Assembly (NCBI RefSeq): GCF_964355755.1
Contig: NC_092672.1
Coordinates: 4,774,001-4,838,000 of the forward strand
Direction of reading: 5' to 3'
DNA from: Antedon mediterranea
Lineage: Eukaryota > Animalia > Echinodermata
DNA: 64,000 bases
Below the pieces are notes generated by a model. It was not told the origin of the DNA. It was given only the letters and a program-made list of their open reading frames with translations, and did no database searches. Positions within the stretch are counted from its first letter, which is position 1. Each line of letters begins with the position of its first letter. The translations under genes were made by a program, and so were the position numbers. This document shows, one piece after another, positions 53,784-64,000 of this stretch.

Positions 53784-54818
53784 TCAGATCATTTCAGAGG
53801 AACTAAAGTCACATTTTTTTCGTGGTGACGAGTATGTTATTTGCAGTTGGGCTGTTGGGTGCACGTCTTTATCGACAAGTCTCTGTTGTTGTTTGTGGCT
53901 GTTAATTTGTAAAAGATGGCGCAGAGCACTGGAAAATTGCTTTAGACGACAAACATATATGAACGGATTCACCGCCGAGCTCATAATGAAGAGAACTTCT
54001 GCAATGAGATCATACCAATACACCTCTGACCGTTGGTATCCGAATGAATATACGACCGGTCTCAAAGCATGGGGCAAGTACGCAATACCGAATGCGCCTA
54101 CTATCAAGGCGCTTGTTTTAGCTGCTTTATATCTGTTGCGAACAATATTACGTGTTCTTATTGGAATAATGACAATGTTTTTTTCAAGTTTTTTTACTAC
54201 TATAAACATCTTGAAATACATAATGCTCACTAAAATTGTACCAGTAGGCACCATTACTAAAGATATGTAACGTTGAACTTCAATAGCGGATTCATTCATC
54301 TTGTAACAAAAGAAAATACCTTCATCAATGTGTTCCATTTCCCAAAACAATTGCATGATACCGAATAAAAAAGCTATAATCCATGACAAGATAATTGAAA
54401 AGTAGATTCTATGAAGAGATATATGTTTATGGTAATGAAGCGGTTTCATTATAGAAACGTAGCGATCTACGGTGATTAAAATTAAGTGAAACCAAGACAC
54501 AGACACACATATTTTTGCCGGTAAAAACTGTAACTCACATTCATCAAATTCCTGTAGGTAAAAGGATCTGCGTAATATACAACCCCACATAAACATGGGT
54601 ACTGCGATAATTCCTGTGAGTAGGTCCACAAACGCTAAGCTTCCTAGTAAAACAAACTGTGGTTTGTCATAACTTCGAGTTTGTCGAATCAAAAAAAGAA
54701 CAAGTGCGTTCCCAGTAATAATAACTAAATCCAATGGTATATATACTGATAGAACAAAAATTAAATTATCCCTGGTTTCGTCAGCTGTGAAATTTATACT
54801 AGTAGCAGATTCATCCAT
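53784..54818 (-). CDS. Intronless rhodopsin-class GPCR, odorant-receptor-like, copy 2 (344 aa)
   Basis: 7TM with GN, LAFVD, VDRY, KAAKT, AYLP, NPFIY; longer C-tail. Confidence 0.93.
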   Translation of the reverse strand: MDESATSINFTADETRDNLIFVLSVYIPLDLVIITGNALVLFLIRQTRSYDKPQFVLLGSLAFVDLLTGIIAVPMFMWGCILRRSFYLQEFDECELQFLPAKICVSVSWFHLILITVDRYVSIMKPLHYHKHISLHRIYFSIILSWIIAFLFGIMQLFWEMEHIDEGIFFCYKMNESAIEVQRYISLVMVPTGTILVSIMYFKMFIVVKKLEKNIVIIPIRTRNIVRNRYKAAKTSALIVGAFGIAYLPHALRPVVYSFGYQRSEVYWYDLIAEVLFIMSSAVNPFIYVCRLKQFSSALRHLLQINSHKQQQRLVDKDVHPTAQLQITYSSPRKKCDFSSSEMI

Positions 54819-55048
54819 AGTTAATGAATGAATGTAGGCCTAAAGACGGGCTACATCGTCAAGAATTGCAATTGAATGAAACCACCATTTCCGCTATTAG
54901 GCCTATTATGTAGCAGTAATAACAATTCAGTAAGGTAAAAAGCACACTGGGCATGCGTGGAGGTTCCTCCATGCGAGAAGTAATAATAGTTTAGAATATC
55001 ACATCAGCGAGTGTTGGTAGGTGGTATATTATTTTCTTTCCAAATCAT

Positions 55049-55232
55049 GTTTTTAGTAGCGTGCAACGCGACTCTACAGCTCACTATGTCGGTCGGTTGG
55101 TCGGTCGGTTGGTTGGTCGGTCGGTCGGTTTGTCGGTTGGTCGGTTTGTCGGTTGGTCGGTTTGTCGGTTGGTCGGTCGGTCGGTTAACACTAACTTGAG
55201 CACCCGACTGCAGCAAAGTATATGGTCTTGTT
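55049..55232. mobile_element. Helentron-associated (HINE/DINE-1-like) element with (GGTC/GGTT)n microsatellite
   Basis: T-run+AGTAGCGTGCAACGCGACT start, central tetranucleotide array 55088-55185, TCTTGTT end. Confidence 0.6.
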
Positions 55233-56499
55233 CATGTACCGTTACATTAATAAAGAACAACAAAAATCATTTAATCATATATTCTACATAGTCCGACATC
55301 AGGAATACAATTAAGGTTAGAAAACGTATATAACAAATGAAATATTTGATTTTATTTATTTATTTTTCAAAAATTTGGTATACATTTTTTTTCTTGCATT
55401 TTATTCAGCATATCAAAATGCATGATGTATCTTTATAAATGAAAGTTGAAACATACTGAAACCCTTGTATGCCACAGGTTGAAGTTCACCGTACTAACAC
55501 AGCACAGTAAATAATGCAGTTCATTCCTTCAAAATCTAGTTTACCACATAAAACACGGCGTTTGGCCGAACATACCGAGCGTATGGCTCTTGATAATGAG
55601 CTTGTGGCTCTTGATAATGAGCTTGTGGCTCAAGAGTAAGGTCTTTTACATTAAAATAGATGTTTGTAACTTTGGTAGTTAACTAAGTACTGTATTAGTA
55701 CTGGTATGTTAGATGATACTGTTTCGTTTTATATTTCCTTGTCTTTTTTTTTCTTTCTTTCTTGGTTTTGTTTGGGTGCTCCCATTTGCAATGGGTTCTG
55801 GCCTTTTTGGCACCCACGATTATAAGCATGTATCATTATATCATTATATTTTATTTTATATTAATTTAAACTACTGTGTTAACTACAGTTTTGATTTCAA
55901 TGTTTATGTTTCTATTCGATCAATTATTATTATACATGTTTAACCTGTAATTTAAGGGCAGAGAGTGAACCCACATTTCGTAGGGAAGATCAATTCTCTC
56001 GTAATTTTTATTGCTTCCCTACTTTCATCATTCGCGGTACTATATACGTACCATTTATTTGTATCAACAACAAAATAATACAGTATTTCTTTCACAAGAA
56101 TATTTCTATAAACTTATTTGATACAAAACGGGTATGCAATGAGCCGAAGCTCTTAAACGCATTACCCTATAATACTTTGACGAACCACAACTTGTTTTAC
56201 TTGGAAGCTTGTGAAGCTTTGCGTCATTATCAAATAAAATGGCATTTGACACTAAACTTGTTTCGTATTTTTGTGAGAGCCAGTTGTCACAAATCTTATT
56301 ATGAACATAGTATAAAGATTCTTCGTTGCACATTTAAACTAAGGCTATTTTGTTGATTTTGTATCACACAATTCCCCGGAGAAAACTTCACAGCATCGAT
56401 GTGCCTCCTTTATAGGCTTCGGTCGATTGAATTGCAAAACCAGAACCATTCAGCTGCTCAGTAGAAACCTCAAACGAAACTGAGCTAATAATTTATGTT

Positions 56500-56745
56500 G
56501 GAGTGATACAAATAGTGTACAATGTATCCATACAAACAAACTTCTTTTGTCGTGCCCACAAAAACATTGGTACGGCGAGTAGGCTCACAAGCTTCCAAGT
56601 AAAACAAGTTGTGGTTCGTCAAAGTTTTTCGAATTATAAAAAGAACAAGTGCGTTCCCAGAAACAATAACTAATGCCAATATACATAGAACAACAATTAA
56701 ACTATCTCTTGTTATTCTCTACATTTCTGCTTGTATGTCGTCAAT
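56500..56745 (-). pseudogene. GPCR pseudogene (TM1-TM2 region only, deletions and frameshifts)
   Basis: ALVIVSGNALVLFIIR..FDEPQLVLLGSL-like sequence homologous to the intact copies; retains the upstream CCATTTCC motif; start codon and 3' two-thirds lost. Confidence 0.8.
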
Positions 56746-57569
56746 TATGTACAGAATGTATAGCTCTAATAACAATAATTAGGTATAAAATATAAAACGA
56801 GCCATTTCCTTTAACATGTATATCAAATCAGTATACTACATTTCACAGGCCATCAATAATTTCCTTATAGATCTACAAGAAATGTTTAATATCACACACA
56901 AATATCTGGTCTATTTTCCAAAAGTAAGAATTGATAGCAGAACAAATCCCTACACTACACTATCAAATTTATGTGACAAAAAATGTGATGTACCGATAAT
57001 TGGACATGATGATGTCATATCACGCCATATTTGGGCATATCACTACCATATTTGGGCACATCACACGTTTTTGTCAAACAATTACTACTACCGTACTCAT
57101 CTCAGGATGGCATTCCACCTGGAGAGCATCTTCGACTTAACTAAGACGTTGCTTATAATCGTTGAGACTAAAACATTTTCGCTTGCATTTAGTCTACCCA
57201 TCAGGCCATATATTGATTTTTTTAACAATTCATAGAAAGAAGGAATTCTACATTCCATAAACATAAGGCTGGCACTGTAATAAGACTATTAAGTCTAAGG
57301 TTTCAGCTGATTTCAAATAAACAAAACACATTTTCTTTGTTAAAAATAATAATGTAATTTGCTACGATATATTCTATATCAATATAAAAATACTGCATTG
57401 TACAAAGAAAAAATTAAATATTTCATTGAAATTGTTGTATTCATGACCTATATAGTTACAGGTAAGAATTTTAAGAATTATTATAATAATTAACGAAATC
57501 GAAAACTCAACTGTTTTGCATAAAGTTGGTTTGTTCCAGATTTATTAACTAGGCCTAACCTAGTAATCA

Positions 57570-57807
57570 ATAGGATGCCCTCCACAAGATATCCAAATCT
57601 ATTCTTGGGCGCAATTGTCCAAGGAACTAGACCACGAGGGAGACCAGCCAAGAAATGGTTAGACTGTGTAAAGGCACAAGAAACCAAGGATCCCTAACGA
57701 GTGCAACTAGAATGTCACAAGATAGGAGGATCTGGCAAGAGGTCATGAAACAGAAGCCATCACAAGTCTCCCAGACGGTGTGGACGGCTTAGGTCAAGGT
57801 AGGTAAA
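57570..57807 (+). mobile_element. 5'-truncated RTE-like LINE 3' end
   Basis: Encodes RMPSTRYPNL..GTRPRGRPAKKWLDCVK (RTE ORF2 C-terminal RGRP..W.D motif); short AGGT(C/A)A tail; 10-bp TSD CTAGTAATCA (57560-57569, 57808-57817). Confidence 0.75.
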
Positions 57808-58262
57808 CTAGTAATCATAGACTAATTAATGGGAAATGTATTGCAATTGTGAACATAGACACGCCGATTCGGTATCAGGTAGAATAAAAAGAGGCCTACC
57901 AGTTTCATTTGCCATGTCAATATAGTTAGACATTGCATTTGCATTACGTACAGTAGGACATTACCTGCAAAAGTTAATTCTATAGTTTTATCTTAATCAT
58001 GGATATTAAATATTTGCAATTTCATAAAAAAATTTTGTACACTTTGCAGTGAGTGCATTAAGCTCTGTCTACACTATCAAAATGTATGTGACAAAAAATG
58101 TGATGTGCCCATAATATGGAAATGATGTGTGTGATGTCATATCATTATATGAGCATACCAGTCCTATATTTGGGCACATCACACTTTCTTGTCAAACTAG
58201 TTTGATATAGTAATAGTGCAAACAAGGTTTTAGACGCTAGTGGAAAAACTGTGGCATCAACT

Positions 58263-59180
58263 CTAACTAGAAGTTTTGTTTAAAAGACGGCGTAGTGTAG
58301 ATGAAAATGACCGGAGACGGCAAACATATATCAAAGGATTCACAGCTGAGTTCAAATTAATAAGAACTTCTGTAATCAGATCATACCAATACACGTCTGA
58401 GCGTTGGTATCCAAACGAGTATACGACTGGTCTCAGAGCAAACGGCAAAAACGTAATACTAAATGCGCCAACAATCAAGGCACTCGTTTTAGCTGCTCTG
58501 TATCTTTTCCGAACAACCTTCCGTGTGCGGACTGGAATACTGACTATGTTTTTCTCATGTTTCCTTGCTTCTAAAACAATTCTGAAATACATTATCATCA
58601 ATAGCATTGAACCAACCGATACCATGACTAAAGTTATGTAAGTTTGCATTGCAATAGCGCGTCGATTCATTTTATAGCAGAACAGAATGCCCTCAATCTT
58701 CCTAATTCCTCCAAACAATTGTACCATGCCGTAAAAACAACCCATAATCCATGAGATAGCAATAGAGAAGTAGATTTTACGGAGAGTTACAAGTTTACGA
58801 TAATGTAGCGGTTTCATTATAGAAACGTAGCGATCCACTGTGATTAACAGAAGGTGGCAAAGAGAAACTGAGATAAATATTTTTGAAGGAATGTACTGCA
58901 AATAACATTTGCTGTCTAGATAGAGAGATCTCCGTAAGATACAAGCCCACATAAACATTGGTACGGTGATAATTCCTGTTAGTAGGTCTACAAACGCTAA
59001 GCTTCCTATTAAAACAAACTGTGGTTCGTCAAAACGTTGAGTTTGTCGAATTACAAAAATAACAAGTGCGTTCCCAGAAATGATAACTAATGCCAATGGT
59101 ATATACACTGATAAAGAAACAGTTAAATTATCTCTCATTTCGTCAGTCGTAATATTCCTGCTTGTAAAAATTCCATCCAT
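58263..59180 (-). CDS. Intronless rhodopsin-class GPCR, odorant-receptor-like, copy 3 (305 aa)
   Basis: 7TM with GN, LAFVD, VDRYVSIMKPLHY, RAAKT, TFLP, NPLIY. Confidence 0.93.
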   Translation of the reverse strand: MDGIFTSRNITTDEMRDNLTVSLSVYIPLALVIISGNALVIFVIRQTQRFDEPQFVLIGSLAFVDLLTGIITVPMFMWACILRRSLYLDSKCYLQYIPSKIFISVSLCHLLLITVDRYVSIMKPLHYRKLVTLRKIYFSIAISWIMGCFYGMVQLFGGIRKIEGILFCYKMNRRAIAMQTYITLVMVSVGSMLLMIMYFRIVLEARKHEKNIVSIPVRTRKVVRKRYRAAKTSALIVGAFSITFLPFALRPVVYSFGYQRSDVYWYDLITEVLINLNSAVNPLIYVCRLRSFSSTLRRLLNKTSS

Positions 59181-60190
59181 TGTGTAAAATTTATAAAAAT
59201 GTTATAAATTATGATGATATTGACTCAATATATGTTATATGGTAAAACCAACCCTTTCCTCTACATCCAATCAGGTGGAGCCTTTGTGCTACACGTTTCA
59301 TGCATCAACAATTCATTTCCTTATAAAACCATCAGAAATGAAACAATAAACAATACGAACATTATTTTTTTATTATTTCTTTTCCTTTTATGATCTTATT
59401 ATTAAAAAAACAAGTAACATATTTAGTTTTTTCCGTGTTCATTGATATCAAGACAATAGTTAAAAACATTCTACTCGATTACAAAAAAAGTTCACCAAAA
59501 ACATGAAGAAAATTAAAGATGTATCAATTGAAACTTTTAAAAGTTTCATTTTCTATACTTTAATAAATCTATTCACTTTTGCCAAAAAATATTTAAAAAA
59601 ATAACGATTTAAAAAAAGACGAATTTACATTTTAGATAATAATTTAACCAAAAGCCCATTTTTCAAAAACATTTTCTTCTTCTTTACGGATTTATCAGAA
59701 ATTGTTGATTGAGTTAAATTAAAATGGCCGACCCAAAAAACAATTGTTCACATTCACAATAATTTGCTCAGGTAACAATATATCTTTATTATAAGCTAAA
59801 ACATAATGGACAATTATGTTTTAGTGGTAAAACTATAGAAAAGTGTACAATGTATGGCAAATATATAAAAACAAACTTTATCTGTCGTGAAGATTCTACT
59901 GATAAAAATGTATATTTGAAATGGTAATTGAATAAACTAGTATGTTATTGAGTAAAACCAACCCTTTCCCGTTGAAATATATCCGGTATATTACCGATAC
60001 TTCAGTTTTCTGGTATTATACAAGATATAGAATACAGTAAAATTCTAAATTAAAATTTCTGGTTTTCCCAAATTTATTTATTTAAAATAATGATAATAAT
60101 TTAAAATGATAGCAAAAATATATATGTATTTAGGAAAAAAAGTTCATATAATCCAATCTATTGAAATCAGTAGCATCGATGTGTATGTTG

Positions 60191-61174
60191 TTAAATTACA
60201 TTGTCAGTAATACAGTTTACAGTTTCAGTACTGTTTCTCTTGTTTACTTTGTAGCTTGATTTTTTGTTAAAAATACGACGCAGAGCACTTGAAAATTGTT
60301 GTAGGCGACAAACATATATAAACGGATTCACTGCAGAGTTCATATATATTAGAACATCTCCAATCAGAACATACCAATACAAGTCTGAGCGTTGGTATCC
60401 AAAGGAGTATACGACCGGTCTCAGCGTATAGGGCAAGTACACAATAACGAATGCTCCGATGATGATAGCACTCGTTTTAGCTGCTCTGTATCTTCTACGA
60501 ACAATATTACGTGTGCTGACTGGAATACTGACTATGTGTCTTTCATGTTTCCTTGCTTCTAAAACAATTCTGAAATACATTGTAATCAACAGGATTGTAC
60601 CGATCGACATCATGAATAAAGTAATGTAACGTTGAACATCACTAGCACGTTGGTCTATCTGGTAACAGAAGAAAATGCCCTCAATCTTGTCCATTGCCCA
60701 GAACAACTCCACGGTGCCATAAACACAACCTATAACCCATGACAGAGCAATAGAGAAGTATATTCTATTAAGATTTACAAGTTTATGATACTGTAGTGGT
60801 TTCATTATAGAAACGTAGCGATCTACGGTGATGAACAGAAGATGGCACACAGATACTGAAATACAGATATTTGAAGGAATGTACTGTATCTGACATACGT
60901 CAATGTTTTGTAGGTAGAGAGATCCCCGTAAGATACAAGCCCACATAAACATTGGTACGGCGATAATTCCTGTTAGTAGGTCCACAAACGCTAAGCTTCC
61001 TAGTAAAACAAATTGTGATGCGTCATAATTTCGAGTTTGTCGAAGTACAAACAGAACAAGACTATTCCCAACAATAATAACTAAATCCAATGGTATATAC
61101 ACTGATAGAACAAAAATCAAATTATCCCTCATTTCGTCAGTCGTGACGTTTCTGTTTGTAAAAGTTTCGTCCAT
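60191..61174 (-). CDS. Intronless rhodopsin-class GPCR, odorant-receptor-like, copy 4 (327 aa from MDETF)
   Basis: 7TM with GN, LAFVD, VDRY, RAAKT, VYLP, NPFIY. Start placed at the ATG aligned with paralogues; the ORF-track start at 61183 is TTG. Confidence 0.93.
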   Translation of the reverse strand: MDETFTNRNVTTDEMRDNLIFVLSVYIPLDLVIIVGNSLVLFVLRQTRNYDASQFVLLGSLAFVDLLTGIIAVPMFMWACILRGSLYLQNIDVCQIQYIPSNICISVSVCHLLFITVDRYVSIMKPLQYHKLVNLNRIYFSIALSWVIGCVYGTVELFWAMDKIEGIFFCYQIDQRASDVQRYITLFMMSIGTILLITMYFRIVLEARKHERHIVSIPVSTRNIVRRRYRAAKTSAIIIGAFVIVYLPYTLRPVVYSFGYQRSDLYWYVLIGDVLIYMNSAVNPFIYVCRLQQFSSALRRIFNKKSSYKVNKRNSTETVNCITDNVI

Positions 61175-61639
61175 TGTGTACAAAACGTGAAAGTAGGCCT
61201 AGTAACAATAATTAAAAATGATGGTATGAAGTATGAAATATAAAACGAACCATTTCCTGCAACAGGTATAATAATATCCAATCACTAAAACGGCAATGTA
61301 CTACATTTCCGGGGCCGTATTAACAATTAATTTCCTTATAGATACAATAAAGTACACTAAACAAAAATACTGTATCTCTTTTTCTAGAAGTTACAATTGT
61401 TATATTGCATTGTTATCTTACAAAACAATCCCTGCATTGTTAAAGTTAACAGACTGAATTCTTAGTTTTTTACTAAAAAAAAAATGGGGTTTATGGCATA
61501 TAATAAAATAAATATGAAGAATTAACAAAAAAACAAGTTCCTAAATCACTTAACTTAATTAAACCTCCAATACAATAGGTATAATTTCATTGTGGAGAAG
61601 TTTTATAGGATTTCAAATATAAACAATATATGTGTATAA

Positions 61640-62275
61640 ACACAATTATCGGTTAGTGTTTTAACCAATCACATAATTAATAACAAGAACTAAAGTGCGC
61701 GTGATCAGACATTACAGAGCAAACAAGTGCCCAATCGCAACGCAACAATTTGTCATTCAGGTCAAAGGTTAAACATTATCGCATTTATCCGATAATTATC
61801 TGATTATCTGATATAATTATCGGTAAATTGTTCTAGAGTGGAATCGGTTAAACCTCGTTTCTACAGGCAGTTAATCGGTTAATTATCGGTTAGTATTATC
61901 GGCTGCGGAAACACGGCCTAAGAGAAAGTGTTCAGTTGTAAACTGCGGAAATGTGTGTTTGTTTTAAAAGTATTAATTATAAGGAAACATAGTTGAAAAC
62001 TGAACAATTAAACAGTTTTGCCTACGTTGTTTTCTTGGTTTTGGTAAAGGTTCTAGATTTATTAACTAGGCCTAACCTGGTATTATACTAGTAATCCCGG
62101 GTTAACATTGACATGGACCATGACTTAGGCCGTGTTTCCGCAGCAAAAATGAACCGATAATTAACTGATAAAACTTCCTGTGGAAACGGGGTTTAACCGA
62201 TTCTGCTTGAGAAAAATTAACCGATAATTATCTCATTCAAATCAGATAATTTTCGGTTAATTAAACACAACCTTA
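61640..62275. mobile_element. Two inversely oriented MITE copies (TIR GGCCGTGTTTCCGCAG)
   Basis: About 61640-61918 ends ..CTGCGGAAACACGGCC-TAA and about 62128-62272 begins TTA-GGCCGTGTTTCCGCAG; both have AACCGATAATT-rich interiors. Confidence 0.6.
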
Positions 62276-62499
62276 CAATTGTAGATAAAATAGGCCTATA
62301 CGGTATGTTGCCTACCAATTTCATTTACTATGTCAACATAGCCAGCTGTGGTATAATAGCATAGCACATTACCTTAAATTAATGTTAATCTATTATTTTA
62401 TGGTAACCATTATACAATTATATTCGCAGCGAGTGAATTAGGTATACGATAGTACAAAAAAAAGAGACATGCGCACATGTCTCTATACTGAAAACAAGT

Positions 62500-63441
62500 C
62501 TAGTTTGTTGTTTTAGATGTGGTACAGTACGTTTTGTTAAAAAGACGGCGTAGAGCACATGAAAATGTCCGCAGACGACAAAAATATATGAAAGGATTCA
62601 CCGCAGAGTTCATATTAATAAGAACTTCTGCAATCAGATAATACCAATATACGTCTGACCTTTGGTACCCGAATGCAAAATATACGATCGGTCTCAGAGC
62701 ATGAGGCAAATATGTAATACCGAAAGCACCGACGATCAAAGCACTTGTTTTAGCCGCTTTCAATCTTTTATGGACAGCCTTACGTGCAATTATCGAAGTA
62801 AGTGCTTTGTTCTTCTCGTGTTTCCTTGCCTTTAAAACAATTCTGAAATACATTACAATCAGCAAGATTGTACCAATCGACACCATAACTAAACTTATAA
62901 AACTTTGAGCCATACGGGCGCGTTGATCCAACTCATAGCAGAAGAAACGGTCCTCGATTTTGTTCATTTCCCCAAAGAGTAGTATCATGCCGTACAAACA
63001 ACCTAGAATCCATGCCAAAACAACAGAAGAGTAGATTCTACGGAGAGTTATAAGTCGATGATATTGTAGTGGGTTCACTATAGAAACGTAGCGATCCACG
63101 GTGATTAACAGAAGGTGACAAAAGGAAACGGCGATAAAAACAGTTGAAGGAATGTACTGCAAGTAACATTGACTGGGTAAGTAGAGAGATCTCCGTTCTA
63201 TTGAACCCCACATAAACATGGGTACTGCGATCATTCCTGTGAGTAGGTCCACAAACGCTAAGCTTCCTATTAAAATAAACTGTGGTTGGTAAAAACTTCG
63301 AGTTTGTCGAATTACAAAAAGAACAAGTGCGTTCCCTGCAATAATAAATAACGCCAATGGTATATACACTGATAGAGAAACAATTAAATTATCTCTTATT
63401 TCGTCAGTTGTGACATTTCTGCTCATATACATTTCATCCAT
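62500..63441 (-). CDS. Intronless rhodopsin-class GPCR, odorant-receptor-like, copy 5 (313 aa)
   Basis: 7TM with GN, LAFVD, VDRYVSIVNPLQY, KAAKT, TYLP, NPFIY. Confidence 0.93.
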   Translation of the reverse strand: MDEMYMSRNVTTDEIRDNLIVSLSVYIPLALFIIAGNALVLFVIRQTRSFYQPQFILIGSLAFVDLLTGMIAVPMFMWGSIERRSLYLPSQCYLQYIPSTVFIAVSFCHLLLITVDRYVSIVNPLQYHRLITLRRIYSSVVLAWILGCLYGMILLFGEMNKIEDRFFCYELDQRARMAQSFISLVMVSIGTILLIVMYFRIVLKARKHEKNKALTSIIARKAVHKRLKAAKTSALIVGAFGITYLPHALRPIVYFAFGYQRSDVYWYYLIAEVLINMNSAVNPFIYFCRLRTFSCALRRLFNKTYCTTSKTTN

Positions 63442-64000
63442 TGTGTACAGAATACAGTAATATTATAAATAAAAATTATATTGAATCAACTTGTTATATA
63501 ACGTTGAACCAACCATTTCCTGTAACAAACATCCAATCAACAATATACCACGGATTTCTGATTCCATGTATCAAACAATTGAACTCATTATAAAAACAAA
63601 CCGTAATATCAGAAATAAAATGTGTAATTTTCCTTAGAATCTATTATTCATAAAACCACAACCTCCTCTAACTAACAACCAATTTGTAGGGACCTACAAT
63701 GCGTGCACGTAATGCTAATGATTCCATGAATTTATTGTTAGAAATAACTCAACATTTCTATCTCAACCGTATGACCAAAACTCGCGTCGTTTGAGATAGT
63801 ACACCTTTTAATTCTTCTTTAGCCATTTTGCTATCTTAGGACGACATCCTTTTGAAAAAATACCGAATTGTGTAATTCTCTTCTTTTTATATCTATAGGC
63901 CTATTAATGCTACTAAATTGGTCGCGTAATGTCACGTATTTCCACCGAAACTGCTGAATGGTACGTGCTCACATTTGGCACACTAATGTTTCTTGATGGG

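Overview
AT-rich eukaryotic (metazoan) genomic DNA with spliceosomal GT-AG introns; an invertebrate deuterostome such as an echinoderm is my inference, not shown directly. Gene models were built by hand from splice signals and reading-frame phase. In order: (1) an unrecognised minus-strand gene encoding a small single-TM protein with a very Cys-rich tail (4 exons seen, 3' end unresolved); (2) a divergent 5-exon SBSPON gene (269 aa); (3) a convergent, complete 26-exon clathrin heavy chain gene (CLTC, 1696 aa); (4) a tandem cluster of five intact intronless rhodopsin-class GPCRs with odorant-receptor-like motifs, plus two pseudogene remnants; (5) inside that cluster, a four-level nested insertion: non-autonomous MULE-like element (10-bp TSD) > intact, very young BEL/Pao LTR retrotransposon (5-bp TSD) > 928-bp TIR element in the 5' LTR > 29-bp micro-hairpin element. 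The most notable hidden feature is a 130-nt sequence repeated almost perfectly in three consecutive CLTC introns. On the host sense strand it folds as a canonical hairpin-H box-hairpin-ACA snoRNA/scaRNA with no target I can identify. Degenerate Penelope-type minimal hammerhead ribozymes, many MITEs and several minisatellites are also present. No database searches or folding programs were run; all counts and alignments are by eye.
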